The notes under the pieces are model-generated. The model ran no database searches, had not been told where the DNA came from, and saw nothing but the letters and a program-made list of their open reading frames with translations. The position numbers and the translations under genes were made by a program. Source: a virus (taxonomy: Duplodnaviria > Caudoviricetes). Taken from it: 30,018 bases of DNA. The first letter of the stretch is position 1, and every line of letters starts with the position of its first letter. The stretch lies in IMG/VR virus record IMGVR_UViG_3300037584_001947, positions 1 through 30,018 of that record; one strand, given 5' to 3'. Positions 1 through 8,703 of the stretch are shown here, piece by piece.

Positions 1-306
1 CGTTTTACAAGACAAGAATTTATAGATGGTACTTATACCATGAGCTGGGATAAAACTCGGTGGGACAAACTAAGAAAGCTGGGCTGGATAGAAGTGTGGC
101 GTCATCGAAATCGAACTACGATTAAGTACAGCGTCTTTAAAACTTCTTTTAAATGCAGCCAGCTAATAAGTAGAATATACAGGATCTTACTCGGAGAAGA
201 AGACTTGCCAGTATCAGACCGAAGCGTATTCTACAATAACAAGTCATATACAGATAAAGTTTATAACAAAGCTATTGACGATATGATAAAAGACCCAGAA
301 AGATAA
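1..306 (+). CDS. 5'-truncated phage protein, possible winged-helix DNA-binding protein
   Basis: Frame is open from base 1 (RFTRQEFIDGTYT-MSWDKTRWDKLRKLGWIEVW...), so the real start is probably upstream of the window. 'WDKLRKLGWIEV...Y.V..T' resembles a wHTH recognition helix plus wing. The stop overlaps the next ATG (TAATG). Confidence 0.6.
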   Translation, partial: RFTRQEFIDGTYTMSWDKTRWDKLRKLGWIEVWRHRNRTTIKYSVFKTSFKCSQLISRIYRILLGEEDLPVSDRSVFYNNKSYTDKVYNKAIDDMIKDPER

Positions 307-674
307 TGGCTTTTAAACTAGGTAGCAAAAGAGGTAATACTGATAACAAGTTGAACATTGGCGGTAAGTCAAATGTTGTCGGCGGTGTTAGAGTTGAGTT
401 CAAAGACTTAGGCGAAGGTGTTATGGGTGAAGCTCACAAAGAAGGTCTTATATATATTAATAGTAATATAGAAAAGGACAGTGAGCAGTACAACAGAGTG
501 TTACAACACGAGATGAAACATATTGTACACATGAAGCTCGGTAGAGTAGATTATGATGACGACTATGTTTATTGGGACGGTAACACCTATGAAAGAAAAG
601 ATGGTTATATTAACTACGAAGGCAAGATGTACCCAGAAGGGGATATTAATCTTCCTTGGGAATTTAAAGATTAA
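306..674 (+). CDS. small zincin-like (HExxH) metallopeptidase
   Basis: 'GLIYINSNI...RVLQHEMKHIVHM' gives a beta strand followed by an HExxH helix. The C-terminal 'LPWE' could supply a third Glu ligand. Confidence 0.7.
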   Translation: MAFKLGSKRGNTDNKLNIGGKSNVVGGVRVEFKDLGEGVMGEAHKEGLIYINSNIEKDSEQYNRVLQHEMKHIVHMKLGRVDYDDDYVYWDGNTYERKDGYINYEGKMYPEGDINLPWEFKD

Positions 675-677
675 AAC

Positions 678-1199
678 ATGGCTTTTAAATTAAAAGGAAT
701 ACTAAATAAAAATGTAGCTCCAGCATTAAAGAAAAATAATGCAGACATAAAGAAAATGCAGAAGCTTGACGATGAAATAGCTAAAGCAAGAAAACTTGGA
801 AACAAAGGTGTAGTTCAAGTTTTAGTAGATAAGAAAAGTAAACTTGAAGATATTATAATGGGTACTACTAAACCACCCGCTGATAGACCTGATCCAACTT
901 TTGAAGGCACAGATGAGTTTAGAAAGAAAAAAGATATTCCAAAGTCAGAGCTTAAAAGCAAAGGAGTATTAAGAAAAAATGATAACGACAAACAACCACC
1001 TGTTCAACCAGGAGAGCTTAAAGATTCAGAGGTTTATCAAGGAGAAAGCTTAGTAGAAAGAATTAACGATTTAGAAATTAGAATAGAAAATATAAATGAA
1101 AAATATTCTAATTACGATAGACCTTTAACTGTTAAAGAAAAAGACGCTATGAAACTTCTTAAAGCTAAACTTGCAGATCTTAAATCAAGAAGAAAATGA
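678..1199 (+). CDS. hypothetical charged helical protein, possibly capsid-internal
   Basis: 173-aa Lys/Glu-rich ORF with an A-rich start context. It starts MAFKL like the upstream gene and overlaps the next gene by ATGA. Confidence 0.6.
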   Translation: MAFKLKGILNKNVAPALKKNNADIKKMQKLDDEIAKARKLGNKGVVQVLVDKKSKLEDIIMGTTKPPADRPDPTFEGTDEFRKKKDIPKSELKSKGVLRKNDNDKQPPVQPGELKDSEVYQGESLVERINDLEIRIENINEKYSNYDRPLTVKEKDAMKLLKAKLADLKSRRK

Positions 1200-1618
1200 T
1201 AAACAACTTAGTAGGAGGTTTATTTGGTAAGATAGTAGATAATGCAGAAGGTATACTTGACAAAGTTATTACTACAGACAAAGAACGCGATGAAGCTAAG
1301 CTTGCTCTTAAAAAGCTACTTCTTGATGCAGAGCGCGAAGCGTTTGCAAAAGAGGTTGAAGATCGCAAGTCTGCAAGAGAAATGTATAAAGACGATGCTA
1401 TTATTCAAAAGGTATTAGCAACACTATTTACAGTAGCATATTTTGGTATCACATTTGTAATGTTTAATTATTTCGTTACAAAGTCAATAAACTTAGGTGA
1501 ATTTGAAATTAGCTTTATATCAACAATATTTGGCGCTATGAGTGCTAAAGTAAATACAATAATAGACTTCTTCTTCGGTGGAAGCTCAAAGAAAAACGAA
1601 CAAATAAAAGAAAAATAA
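1196..1618 (+). CDS. holin-like membrane protein (GTA 3TM-holin-like architecture)
   Basis: Amphipathic N-terminus, 'ILDKVITTDKERDEAK...EVEDRKSAREM' coiled coil, two hydrophobic segments (VLATLFTVAYFGITFVMF; FISTIFGAMSAKVNTIIDFFFGGSS) and a charged tail. Confidence 0.7.
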   Translation: MINNLVGGLFGKIVDNAEGILDKVITTDKERDEAKLALKKLLLDAEREAFAKEVEDRKSAREMYKDDAIIQKVLATLFTVAYFGITFVMFNYFVTKSINLGEFEISFISTIFGAMSAKVNTIIDFFFGGSSKKNEQIKEK

Positions 1619-1619
1619 A

Positions 1620-2015
1620 ATGGGAATTAACAATACTCAAACAGCTTATGCTTTTGGACAAATGGGTAGTGGTCATATTAAAGGCTCTGGATCTAATCTT
1701 AAGCCACCGCACGGTAGAGTTATAATAGCTATACAAATGCTTGACGCTGTAAAATTTGATCAACTAGTTGCAGACACTACCTACGCTTCTACACTTGTAG
1801 ATACAGCTGGATCATTAGGTGATGGTGTTGCTTATTTTGGTACTGCAACTCAAACAAGAGCCAACGGTTTAGACAACAGCGACGACTCAGTTGAATCTGT
1901 AGTAGTTGCTAATACTGTAGAGTTTCCAAAAGGAATAACTATATATGGTAGATGGACTTTAGTTTCTTTACAATCAAATTCTACACACGGTGTAATCTGT
2001 TACTACGGAGAGTAA
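1620..2015 (+). CDS. hypothetical protein, probable small virion protein
   Basis: Gly/Thr/Ser-rich beta-type sequence ending 'EFPKGITIYGRWTLVSL...VICYYG'. TAATG-coupled to the next gene. Confidence 0.55.
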   Translation: MGINNTQTAYAFGQMGSGHIKGSGSNLKPPHGRVIIAIQMLDAVKFDQLVADTTYASTLVDTAGSLGDGVAYFGTATQTRANGLDNSDDSVESVVVANTVEFPKGITIYGRWTLVSLQSNSTHGVICYYGE

Positions 2016-2803
2016 TGCTAGGACTACAAACTACAACATTTTATCGCCCAAGAGGCGTTAGGTTTACTAACGATGGAACAGACGCTACTCGCCACGCAGT
2101 GGTTGGTGACAATGGAATTTATTCTTTGTTTGGTGATGGTGAAGTAAACGCTATAGTTATTGCTTTTTGTCTTTACACGCCAGCAGATATGCCAGACTCG
2201 GGATTTCACGGCTTAATAGGTAAAGGTAACGAATATGCTATTTATACTGATGGCTATGACTTGACTGTAGTTAAACACGACGAAAGCGAAGATAAAAACA
2301 TATTTAAAAATTTCCAAGATGCTATTGTGCCAGGAACTAAACAGCACTTTTTAATAGAGTTTCAGCCATCCAATAACGCAAGTGGAATTGGCCTGATAAT
2401 GCGAGACGGTAAAATAGAATTTGATAATAGCGCTACAGTTGAATCTGGCTTTGTTAAAGCAGAAGATGGCACTGGTGATTTTACAATTGGAGCAGCACGT
2501 AAACTATTAGATACGTCAAGCCCTCTTTTAAGAAGTAGAGCTGGCATGATATTTTCAGAAGTAGTTGTTTGGAGAGCAGACCAAGGCATGACAAATAATA
2601 TGGCATTAGCATATACAAACGGAGGTGATCCTATAAACCCGTTAGTCAACTCTGGTGATTATACTATTTCTAGTCTTGTAGTAAGTTATTGGCCGTGTAA
2701 AAGAACTCATGGCACTATACAAAACTGGGTAACAGACTTATCTGGAGAAGGCGATCAATTTGATGACGATTTAGGTGGCGATAGCCATTTAGACTTCGTA
2801 TAA
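2015..2803 (+). CDS. LamG/concanavalin-A-like lectin-fold protein (putative fibre or decoration protein)
   Basis: Start moved from 1952 to the ATG at 2015 (TAATG overlap, MLGL...). 'TGDFTIGA', 'IFSEVVVWR' and 'YTNGGDP...GDY...LVVSYW' follow the Laminin_G_3-like pattern. Confidence 0.6.
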   Translation: MLGLQTTTFYRPRGVRFTNDGTDATRHAVVGDNGIYSLFGDGEVNAIVIAFCLYTPADMPDSGFHGLIGKGNEYAIYTDGYDLTVVKHDESEDKNIFKNFQDAIVPGTKQHFLIEFQPSNNASGIGLIMRDGKIEFDNSATVESGFVKAEDGTGDFTIGAARKLLDTSSPLLRSRAGMIFSEVVVWRADQGMTNNMALAYTNGGDPINPLVNSGDYTISSLVVSYWPCKRTHGTIQNWVTDLSGEGDQFDDDLGGDSHLDFV

Positions 2804-2833
2804 AATTAAAATTAACTAATTAAATTAAATAAA

Positions 2834-3133
2834 ATGGCAAAAAGAAAAACACCTAAGGTGAAAGACCTTAGACCAGAAAAAATTACAGATGAACAACTTA
2901 CTAAAATGAGACAAGTTGTTTCAGCTATCAATAAAGCTCAAATGGATGTTGGTATAATAGAGGTTCGTAAACATGAAGCCTTACATGCTATAACTCAAAT
3001 GCAGACTCAAATAGTAGAGCTTCAAAACGAATTTAAAGAACAATACGGTACAGACGATATTAATATTGCTGACGGTACAATTAAATACAATGATGATAAC
3101 AACCAAGTTAATAAGAAAAATAACGATAGGTAA
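2834..3133 (+). CDS. small coiled-coil phage protein
   Basis: Long heptad helix ending 'FKEQYGTDDINIADGTI', with a strong A/T-rich leader at 2804-2833. Confidence 0.7.
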   Translation: MAKRKTPKVKDLRPEKITDEQLTKMRQVVSAINKAQMDVGIIEVRKHEALHAITQMQTQIVELQNEFKEQYGTDDINIADGTIKYNDDNNQVNKKNNDR

Positions 3134-3320
3134 AGATTACAAAATAGATGCTATGCATTACTCTGTAGGCCAAGAGGTCTACGGAGGGCATACTATCTGT
3201 GATATTCTTGAAGAAGAAGATAAATATTCTATATACATTAGAAAAGGTAGCAATGTTTTACCTTGGAAAGACTTTAATAAGAATATGGCTATATCTGTTG
3301 AATATAATCTTGAATATTAA
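3090..3320 (+). CDS. hypothetical small beta-rich phage protein
   Basis: Likely start is ATG 3090 or 3093 rather than 3066. Sequence 'KLIRKITIGKDYK..AMHYSVGQEVYGGH'. TAATG-coupled to the GroES-like gene. Confidence 0.65.
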   Translation: MMITTKLIRKITIGKDYKIDAMHYSVGQEVYGGHTICDILEEEDKYSIYIRKGSNVLPWKDFNKNMAISVEYNLEY

Positions 3321-3898
3321 TGCAGAGTCCTTTTTGTTTTGTTATAGAACCTGTAGGTGAGCGATATAACAATTCTGTTTCTGTTGACAATAAAAGTTTA
3401 ATAATAAACACCGAAATATATAATCATGAGTATGTCAATCGCAGAGGCGTTGTTGTTTCTTGCCCTATTGCTGGCAAGCATGATATACTACCTGGTGACG
3501 ACGTTATTGTACATCACAACGTATTTAGAAGATGGCACGATGTTAAAGGACAAGAAAGAAACAGTAAAGCATACTTCAAAGACAACAAGTATATAGTATC
3601 TGCAGATCAAATATTCTTGTACAATAATAAAGCTATGCCTGGTTATTCTTTTGTTCAACCGTTAGTAGATCAAAATAATTTATCTGAAGATAAAGAAGAT
3701 CCTTACAAAGGTGTGATAGTATATAGTGATGGCACTTATAATAAAGGTGAGATTGTAGGTTATACTCCTTTTTCGCAATACGAGTTTATAATAAACAATC
3801 AAAAGCTTTATAGAGTGATGAATAAATTTATTACAATTAAATATGAGCGTAAAGGAAACGAAGAAGTTTATAATCCAAGCTGGGCACAAAGCAGTTAA
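3320..3898 (+). CDS. GroES/Cpn10-like co-chaperonin with two tandem GroES-like units
   Basis: Unit 1: 'FVIEP...RRGVVVSCP...ILPGDDVIV...YIVSADQI'. Unit 2: 'PGYSFVQP...KGVIV...KGEIVGY..FSQYEFIINNQKLYRV..KFI'. Both echo the GroES pattern (VLV.P..G.VV.VG..VKVGD.V..Y...E.DI). Confidence 0.6.
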   Translation: MQSPFCFVIEPVGERYNNSVSVDNKSLIINTEIYNHEYVNRRGVVVSCPIAGKHDILPGDDVIVHHNVFRRWHDVKGQERNSKAYFKDNKYIVSADQIFLYNNKAMPGYSFVQPLVDQNNLSEDKEDPYKGVIVYSDGTYNKGEIVGYTPFSQYEFIINNQKLYRVMNKFITIKYERKGNEEVYNPSWAQSS

Positions 3899-4121
3899 AG
3901 AGTTAATTAAAGTTGCTGAAGAGCAAATAATAACTAATACTGAAGATGATGTTTCTGCTGATAGATTAAAAAACGCTGCAGCTACAAAAAAGCTAGCTAT
4001 ATTCGATGCTTTTGAAATACTTAACCGTATACAAGAAGAGGAAAATATATTAGAAGGTAAAGAAAATAAAGTTAATAAAGATAAAGTGTTTAAAGGCTTT
4101 GCAGAAGGAAGATCTAAGTAA
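3843..4121 (+). CDS. candidate terminase small subunit
   Basis: 92-aa helical protein immediately upstream of TerL and TAATG-coupled to it. The assignment is positional only. Confidence 0.45.
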   Translation: MSVKETKKFIIQAGHKAVKELIKVAEEQIITNTEDDVSADRLKNAAATKKLAIFDAFEILNRIQEEENILEGKENKVNKDKVFKGFAEGRSK

Positions 4122-6334
4122 TGTACGAACAAACACTATATAAAATTGTTGAACCAATTAAGAAGACTACAATAAGTCGACTTAACAAAAAACGTAAATG
4201 GGAATATGGATATAATAAAGAACATGACATCGTGGTTATCTCAAAAACTGGACGCATTGGACAAGTGGTGGAGATTCAAGGTTTGCGAATTGGGTTGCCG
4301 AGTAAACCGCAACAACTGCGAGTGCACAATAACAGATGGGAAAAAATAGATTATCCAAAAGAGTTAAATAAACTTAAAAGTATATTTGACTGGAGAAATT
4401 ATCCAGAAGAAGCAAAAGATCAATGGTACGATTACATAGACGAAGAGTTTAAACGTCGTGACGAAGGCTTTTGGTTTGTAAACAATGATGAGCCAACTTA
4501 TATAACAGGAGCTCACTATATGTATTTGCAATGGAGCAAAATTGATGTTGGTGCTCCTGATTTTAGAGAGGCTAATAGAATATTTTTTATATTTTGGGAA
4601 GCTTGCAAAGCAGACAAACGCTGCTACGGTATGTGCTATTTAAAAAACAGACGTAGCGGCTTTTCTTTTATGAGCTCAGCTGAAACTGTTAACTTAGCTA
4701 CAATATCGAGTGATGCTAGATATGGAATATTATCTAAAAGTGGTGCTGATGCTAAAAAGATGTTTACCGATAAAGTTGTACCAATATCTATCAACTATCC
4801 GTTTTTCTTTAAACCGATACAAGATGGTATGGACAGACCTAAAAGTGAACTTGCTTATCGTGTACCTGCAAGTAAGTTTACGCGTAGAAAAATTACGTCG
4901 AACGAAAAGCAGGAAGAGCTGGTTGGACTTGACACTACTATTGATTGGAAAAACACAGGTGATAACAGCTATGACGGTGAAAAACTTAATCTGTTAGTAC
5001 ACGATGAAAGTGGTAAGTGGGAAAGGCCTGATAATATTTTAAATAACTGGCGAGTAACTAAAACTTGTTTAAGGCTAGGTAGTAGAATTATAGGTAAGTG
5101 TATGATGGGTTCTACTAGCAACTCGCTGGATAAAGGTGGTGATAATTTTAAAAAGCTATATCACGATAGTGATGTAACTAAAAGAAATAGAAATGGTCAA
5201 ACAAAGTCTGGTTTATACTCTTTGTTTATACCAATGGAGTGGAACTATGAGGGATTTATTGACGAGTTTGGACGACCCGTCTTTGATACTCCAACACAAG
5301 AGTGTTATGGACCTCACGGTGAACTAATTGATATAGGTGTTATATCACATTGGGAAAACGAAGTAGAGGGTTTGAAAGACGATCAAGACGCGTTAAACGA
5401 GTTTTATCGACAGTTTCCAAGAACTGAAGAGCACGCGTTTAGAGATGAAACAAAAAATAGTTTGTTTAATCTCGCTAAGATATACGAGCAAGTAGACTAT
5501 AACGAAGGCGTAACTAGCTCGGCAGTTTTAAATACTGGTAATTTCCAGTGGACTAACGGAGTAAAAGACACTACTGTAACTTTTAATCCAGATCCTAACG
5601 GTAGGTTTAAGCTTAGTTGGGTTCCAGATTTTAAGTTGCAAAATAATGTAATAATAAAAAATGGAGTTAAATATCCTGGGAACGAGCACATGGGCGCTTT
5701 TGGCTGCGATAGTTATGATATTAGCGGCACTGTTGATGGTCGAGGATCCAACGGATCTCTTCATGGATTAACTAAGTTTAGTATGGAGTCAGCTCCTGCT
5801 AACACGTTTTTTTTAGAATATATAGCAAGACCACAAACCGCTGAAATATTTTTTGAAGATGTGTTGATGGCGTTAGTATTTTATGGTATGCCACTTCTCG
5901 CAGAGAACAATAAACCAAGATTATTATATCATTTAAAGCGTAGAGGATATAGAGGCTTTAGCATGAATAGACCAGATAAGGTTTGGAATAAATTATCTAC
6001 AGCAGAGAGAGAAGTTGGAGGTATACCAAACTCTAGTGAAGACATTAAGCAAGCTCATGCAGCTGCTATAGAAATGTATATCAACGATCACGTTGGCTTA
6101 ATGCAAGACGGTACTTATGGTACAATGTACTTCACTGAAACTTTAAATGATTGGGCAAAGTTTGACATAAACAAACGTACAAAGTTTGACGCAGCTATAA
6201 GTTCAGGGTTAGCTATAATGGCTTGCAACAGACATTTATATAGACCAGTAAAAGAGAAACAAATAAAACCAGTTAATTTTTCATTTGCTAAGTATAGTAA
6301 TGATGGTGTAAACTCTAAAATAATTAAAAATTAA
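4121..6334 (+). CDS. terL: terminase large subunit
   Basis: Walker A-like 'LKNRRSGFS', Walker B 'LLVHDESGK', motif III 'MMGSTS', and RNase H-like nuclease acidic residues 'GAFGCDSYD', 'LAENN', 'KFDAAIS'. Lies directly upstream of the portal. Confidence 0.92.
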   Translation: MYEQTLYKIVEPIKKTTISRLNKKRKWEYGYNKEHDIVVISKTGRIGQVVEIQGLRIGLPSKPQQLRVHNNRWEKIDYPKELNKLKSIFDWRNYPEEAKDQWYDYIDEEFKRRDEGFWFVNNDEPTYITGAHYMYLQWSKIDVGAPDFREANRIFFIFWEACKADKRCYGMCYLKNRRSGFSFMSSAETVNLATISSDARYGILSKSGADAKKMFTDKVVPISINYPFFFKPIQDGMDRPKSELAYRVPASKFTRRKITSNEKQEELVGLDTTIDWKNTGDNSYDGEKLNLLVHDESGKWERPDNILNNWRVTKTCLRLGSRIIGKCMMGSTSNSLDKGGDNFKKLYHDSDVTKRNRNGQTKSGLYSLFIPMEWNYEGFIDEFGRPVFDTPTQECYGPHGELIDIGVISHWENEVEGLKDDQDALNEFYRQFPRTEEHAFRDETKNSLFNLAKIYEQVDYNEGVTSSAVLNTGNFQWTNGVKDTTVTFNPDPNGRFKLSWVPDFKLQNNVIIKNGVKYPGNEHMGAFGCDSYDISGTVDGRGSNGSLHGLTKFSMESAPANTFFLEYIARPQTAEIFFEDVLMALVFYGMPLLAENNKPRLLYHLKRRGYRGFSMNRPDKVWNKLSTAEREVGGIPNSSEDIKQAHAAAIEMYINDHVGLMQDGTYGTMYFTETLNDWAKFDINKRTKFDAAISSGLAIMACNRHLYRPVKEKQIKPVNFSFAKYSNDGVNSKIIKN
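4206..4349 (+). CDS. candidate nested 47-aa Trp/Cys-rich protein in the +1 frame of terL
   Basis: MDIIKNMTSWLSQKLDALDKWWRFKVCELGCRVNRNNCECTITDGKK*. TerL codons here are atypically G-ending (GTG GTG GAG, TTG CGA, GGG TTG CCG, CTG CGA GTG). Confidence 0.45.
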   Translation: MDIIKNMTSWLSQKLDALDKWWRFKVCELGCRVNRNNCECTITDGKK

Positions 6335-6336
6335 AT

Positions 6337-8685
6337 ATGGCTTACAGAAATACAAATAATTTTCCAAGTCAGGTAGTACCTGATGTAGAAAAAATAAGCT
6401 ACGATTACGGTTTAAAAGTTGCTCAAGCTATCGAAAGCGAATGGTTTGATAGAAATGAAGATGGTAACATTAGAGGCAACGGTAGATTTTATAGTAATAA
6501 AAATAATTTTCACAATTTAAGACTATACGCTAGAGGCGAACAGTCTGTACAGAAATACAAAAACGAATTATCTATAAATGGTGATTTAAGTTTTTTAAAT
6601 TTAGACTGGAAACCTGTACCTGTCATACCTAAGTTTGTAGATATTGTAGTTAACGGCATGGCTGAAAGAAACTATGATATAAAAGTATTTTCACAAGATC
6701 CATACGGCGTAGCTAAAAGGACTGAGTATATGGAAAGCGTGCTTAGAGATATGAAGATGAAGCAGTTCGATACTATGGCTAAGCAACAGCTTAACATGGA
6801 CTTAGCTGAAAACGATCCTGAAACTTTACCAGAGTCAGAGCAAGAGTTAGAGCTTCACATGCAACTTAGCTATAAACAAGCTACAGAGCTAGCTGAAGAA
6901 CAAGCTATCAATGTATTGCTACACGGCAATCAATACGATTTAACTAGAAAAAGACTATATTACGATTTAACAGTTTTAGGTATGGCGGCTGTTAAGACTA
7001 CTTTTACTAAAGCAGAAGGTATAAAAATAGATTATGTTGATCCAGATAGAATAGTACACTCGTATAGTGAGTCGCCATACTTTGACGATGTATACTATGT
7101 AGGTGAGGTTAAAACCGTAGCAGTTAACGAGCTAGTAAAAGAGTTTCCTCATTTAAGTCAAGATGATCTTGAAGAAATACAACAGTACAATAATAGTAGA
7201 ACTTACGAATACAACAAAGGTAGAAGAGATCAAGATATAAATCAAGTTGAAGTATTATACTTTAACTGGAAAACTTATATGAACGAAGTATATAAGTTAA
7301 AAGAAACTAAAACAGGTGGAGAAAAAGCTATAGAAAAAGATGACACTTTTAATCCACCAACAAACATGGAAGGTGGCTTTGCTAAAATATCTAGACAAAT
7401 AGAAGTTATATATGAAGGCGCTATGATAATAGGGTCTGATAAACTTTTAAAGTGGGAGATGGCTGAGAATATGATTAGGCCAAAAAGCGATATGACTAAA
7501 GTTAAAATGAATTATAGTCTTGTTGCTCCACGTATGTATCAAGGTAGAATAGAAAGTTTAGTTGGCCGTATAACAGGCTTTGCTGACATGATACAGCTTA
7601 CACATTTAAAGCTACAGCAAGTAATGGCACGTATGGTGCCAGATGGTGTTTATCTAGACGCTGATGGTTTAGCTGAAATAGATTTAGGTAACGGTACAAA
7701 CTATAACCCACAAGAAGCTTTAAATATGTTCTTCCAAACAGGTAGTGTTATAGGTAGATCATATAATGTTGATGGTGATCCAAATCCAGGTAGAATACCT
7801 ATACAAGAAATATCTAATGGTAAAGGCTCTGGAGGTAAGATGCAAACTCTTATAGCAAACTACAATTACTACATGCAGATGATACGCGATGTGACCGGCT
7901 TAAATGAAGCTAGAGATGGTAGCACGCCTGATAGAAACGCTTTAGTAGGAGTTCAAAAGCTAGCAGCTGCAAATAGTAACACGGCTACAAGACATATATT
8001 ACAAGCTGGCCTATATTTAACAGCTGATGTAGCAGAACAAGTGTCACTACGTATATCAGACATTATTGAATACTCGCCAACTCGAGATGCTTTCTTGCAG
8101 CAAATAGGAGTACATAATGTAGCTACGTTAGAAGAAATGGCTGATTTACATTTGTATGACTTTGGTATATTTATAGAGCTTGCTCCAGACGAAGAAGAGC
8201 GTCAGCTATTAGAAAACAATATACAAATGGCTTTGTCTCAAAAGATAATAAAACTATCAGACGCTATTGATATTAGAAATACTAAAAACGTAAAGCTTGC
8301 CAATGAACTATTAAAAATAAAAGAAAAGAAAAAAGTTCAAGAAGATCAAGCTATGCAGCAGCAAAATATACAAGCGCAGCAGCAAGCTCAACAACAAACA
8401 GCTCAAGCTCAAGCCCAAGCTGAAGCACAGAAGCAACAACAAGTAACTCAAGCTCAAATACAACTTGAGCAGGCAAAAGCAGAGTTCAAAGCTAAAAACC
8501 TACAACAAGAAGCTGACATTAAAAAACAATTAATGGAAGCAGAGTTTCAGTACAATGTAAAGTTAAGAGACATGGAGGCTAAACAGAAAAGTAAGTTAGA
8601 AGGTGAAAAGCAAGAAACAAGTAAAAAATTCGAGTCAGCAGGTAATGATGAACTTAGTACTGGCTTGAATATGGATCAGTTTTAA
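6337..8685 (+). CDS. portal protein
   Basis: 782 aa, between TerL and scaffold/MCP. Helical composition with a Gln/Ala-rich C-terminal coiled coil (P22-like barrel). Confidence 0.85.
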   Translation: MAYRNTNNFPSQVVPDVEKISYDYGLKVAQAIESEWFDRNEDGNIRGNGRFYSNKNNFHNLRLYARGEQSVQKYKNELSINGDLSFLNLDWKPVPVIPKFVDIVVNGMAERNYDIKVFSQDPYGVAKRTEYMESVLRDMKMKQFDTMAKQQLNMDLAENDPETLPESEQELELHMQLSYKQATELAEEQAINVLLHGNQYDLTRKRLYYDLTVLGMAAVKTTFTKAEGIKIDYVDPDRIVHSYSESPYFDDVYYVGEVKTVAVNELVKEFPHLSQDDLEEIQQYNNSRTYEYNKGRRDQDINQVEVLYFNWKTYMNEVYKLKETKTGGEKAIEKDDTFNPPTNMEGGFAKISRQIEVIYEGAMIIGSDKLLKWEMAENMIRPKSDMTKVKMNYSLVAPRMYQGRIESLVGRITGFADMIQLTHLKLQQVMARMVPDGVYLDADGLAEIDLGNGTNYNPQEALNMFFQTGSVIGRSYNVDGDPNPGRIPIQEISNGKGSGGKMQTLIANYNYYMQMIRDVTGLNEARDGSTPDRNALVGVQKLAAANSNTATRHILQAGLYLTADVAEQVSLRISDIIEYSPTRDAFLQQIGVHNVATLEEMADLHLYDFGIFIELAPDEEERQLLENNIQMALSQKIIKLSDAIDIRNTKNVKLANELLKIKEKKKVQEDQAMQQQNIQAQQQAQQQTAQAQAQAEAQKQQQVTQAQIQLEQAKAEFKAKNLQQEADIKKQLMEAEFQYNVKLRDMEAKQKSKLEGEKQETSKKFESAGNDELSTGLNMDQF

Positions 8686-8703
8686 ATTATTATATTTTAT
8701 ATT

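Noticed and set aside
1952-2014. Track start of the LamG-like ORF at 1952
   Set aside because: It overlaps the upstream gene. The TAATG-coupled ATG at 2015 is more plausible.
2971-2990. HEALH (HExxH) in the 99-aa protein
   Set aside because: It lies within a continuous coiled coil with no preceding zincin strands, so it is likely chance.
8340-8520. CAA/CAG/GCT-rich pseudo-repeat
   Set aside because: Explained by the Gln/Ala coiled coil of the portal C-terminus; not a DNA repeat element.
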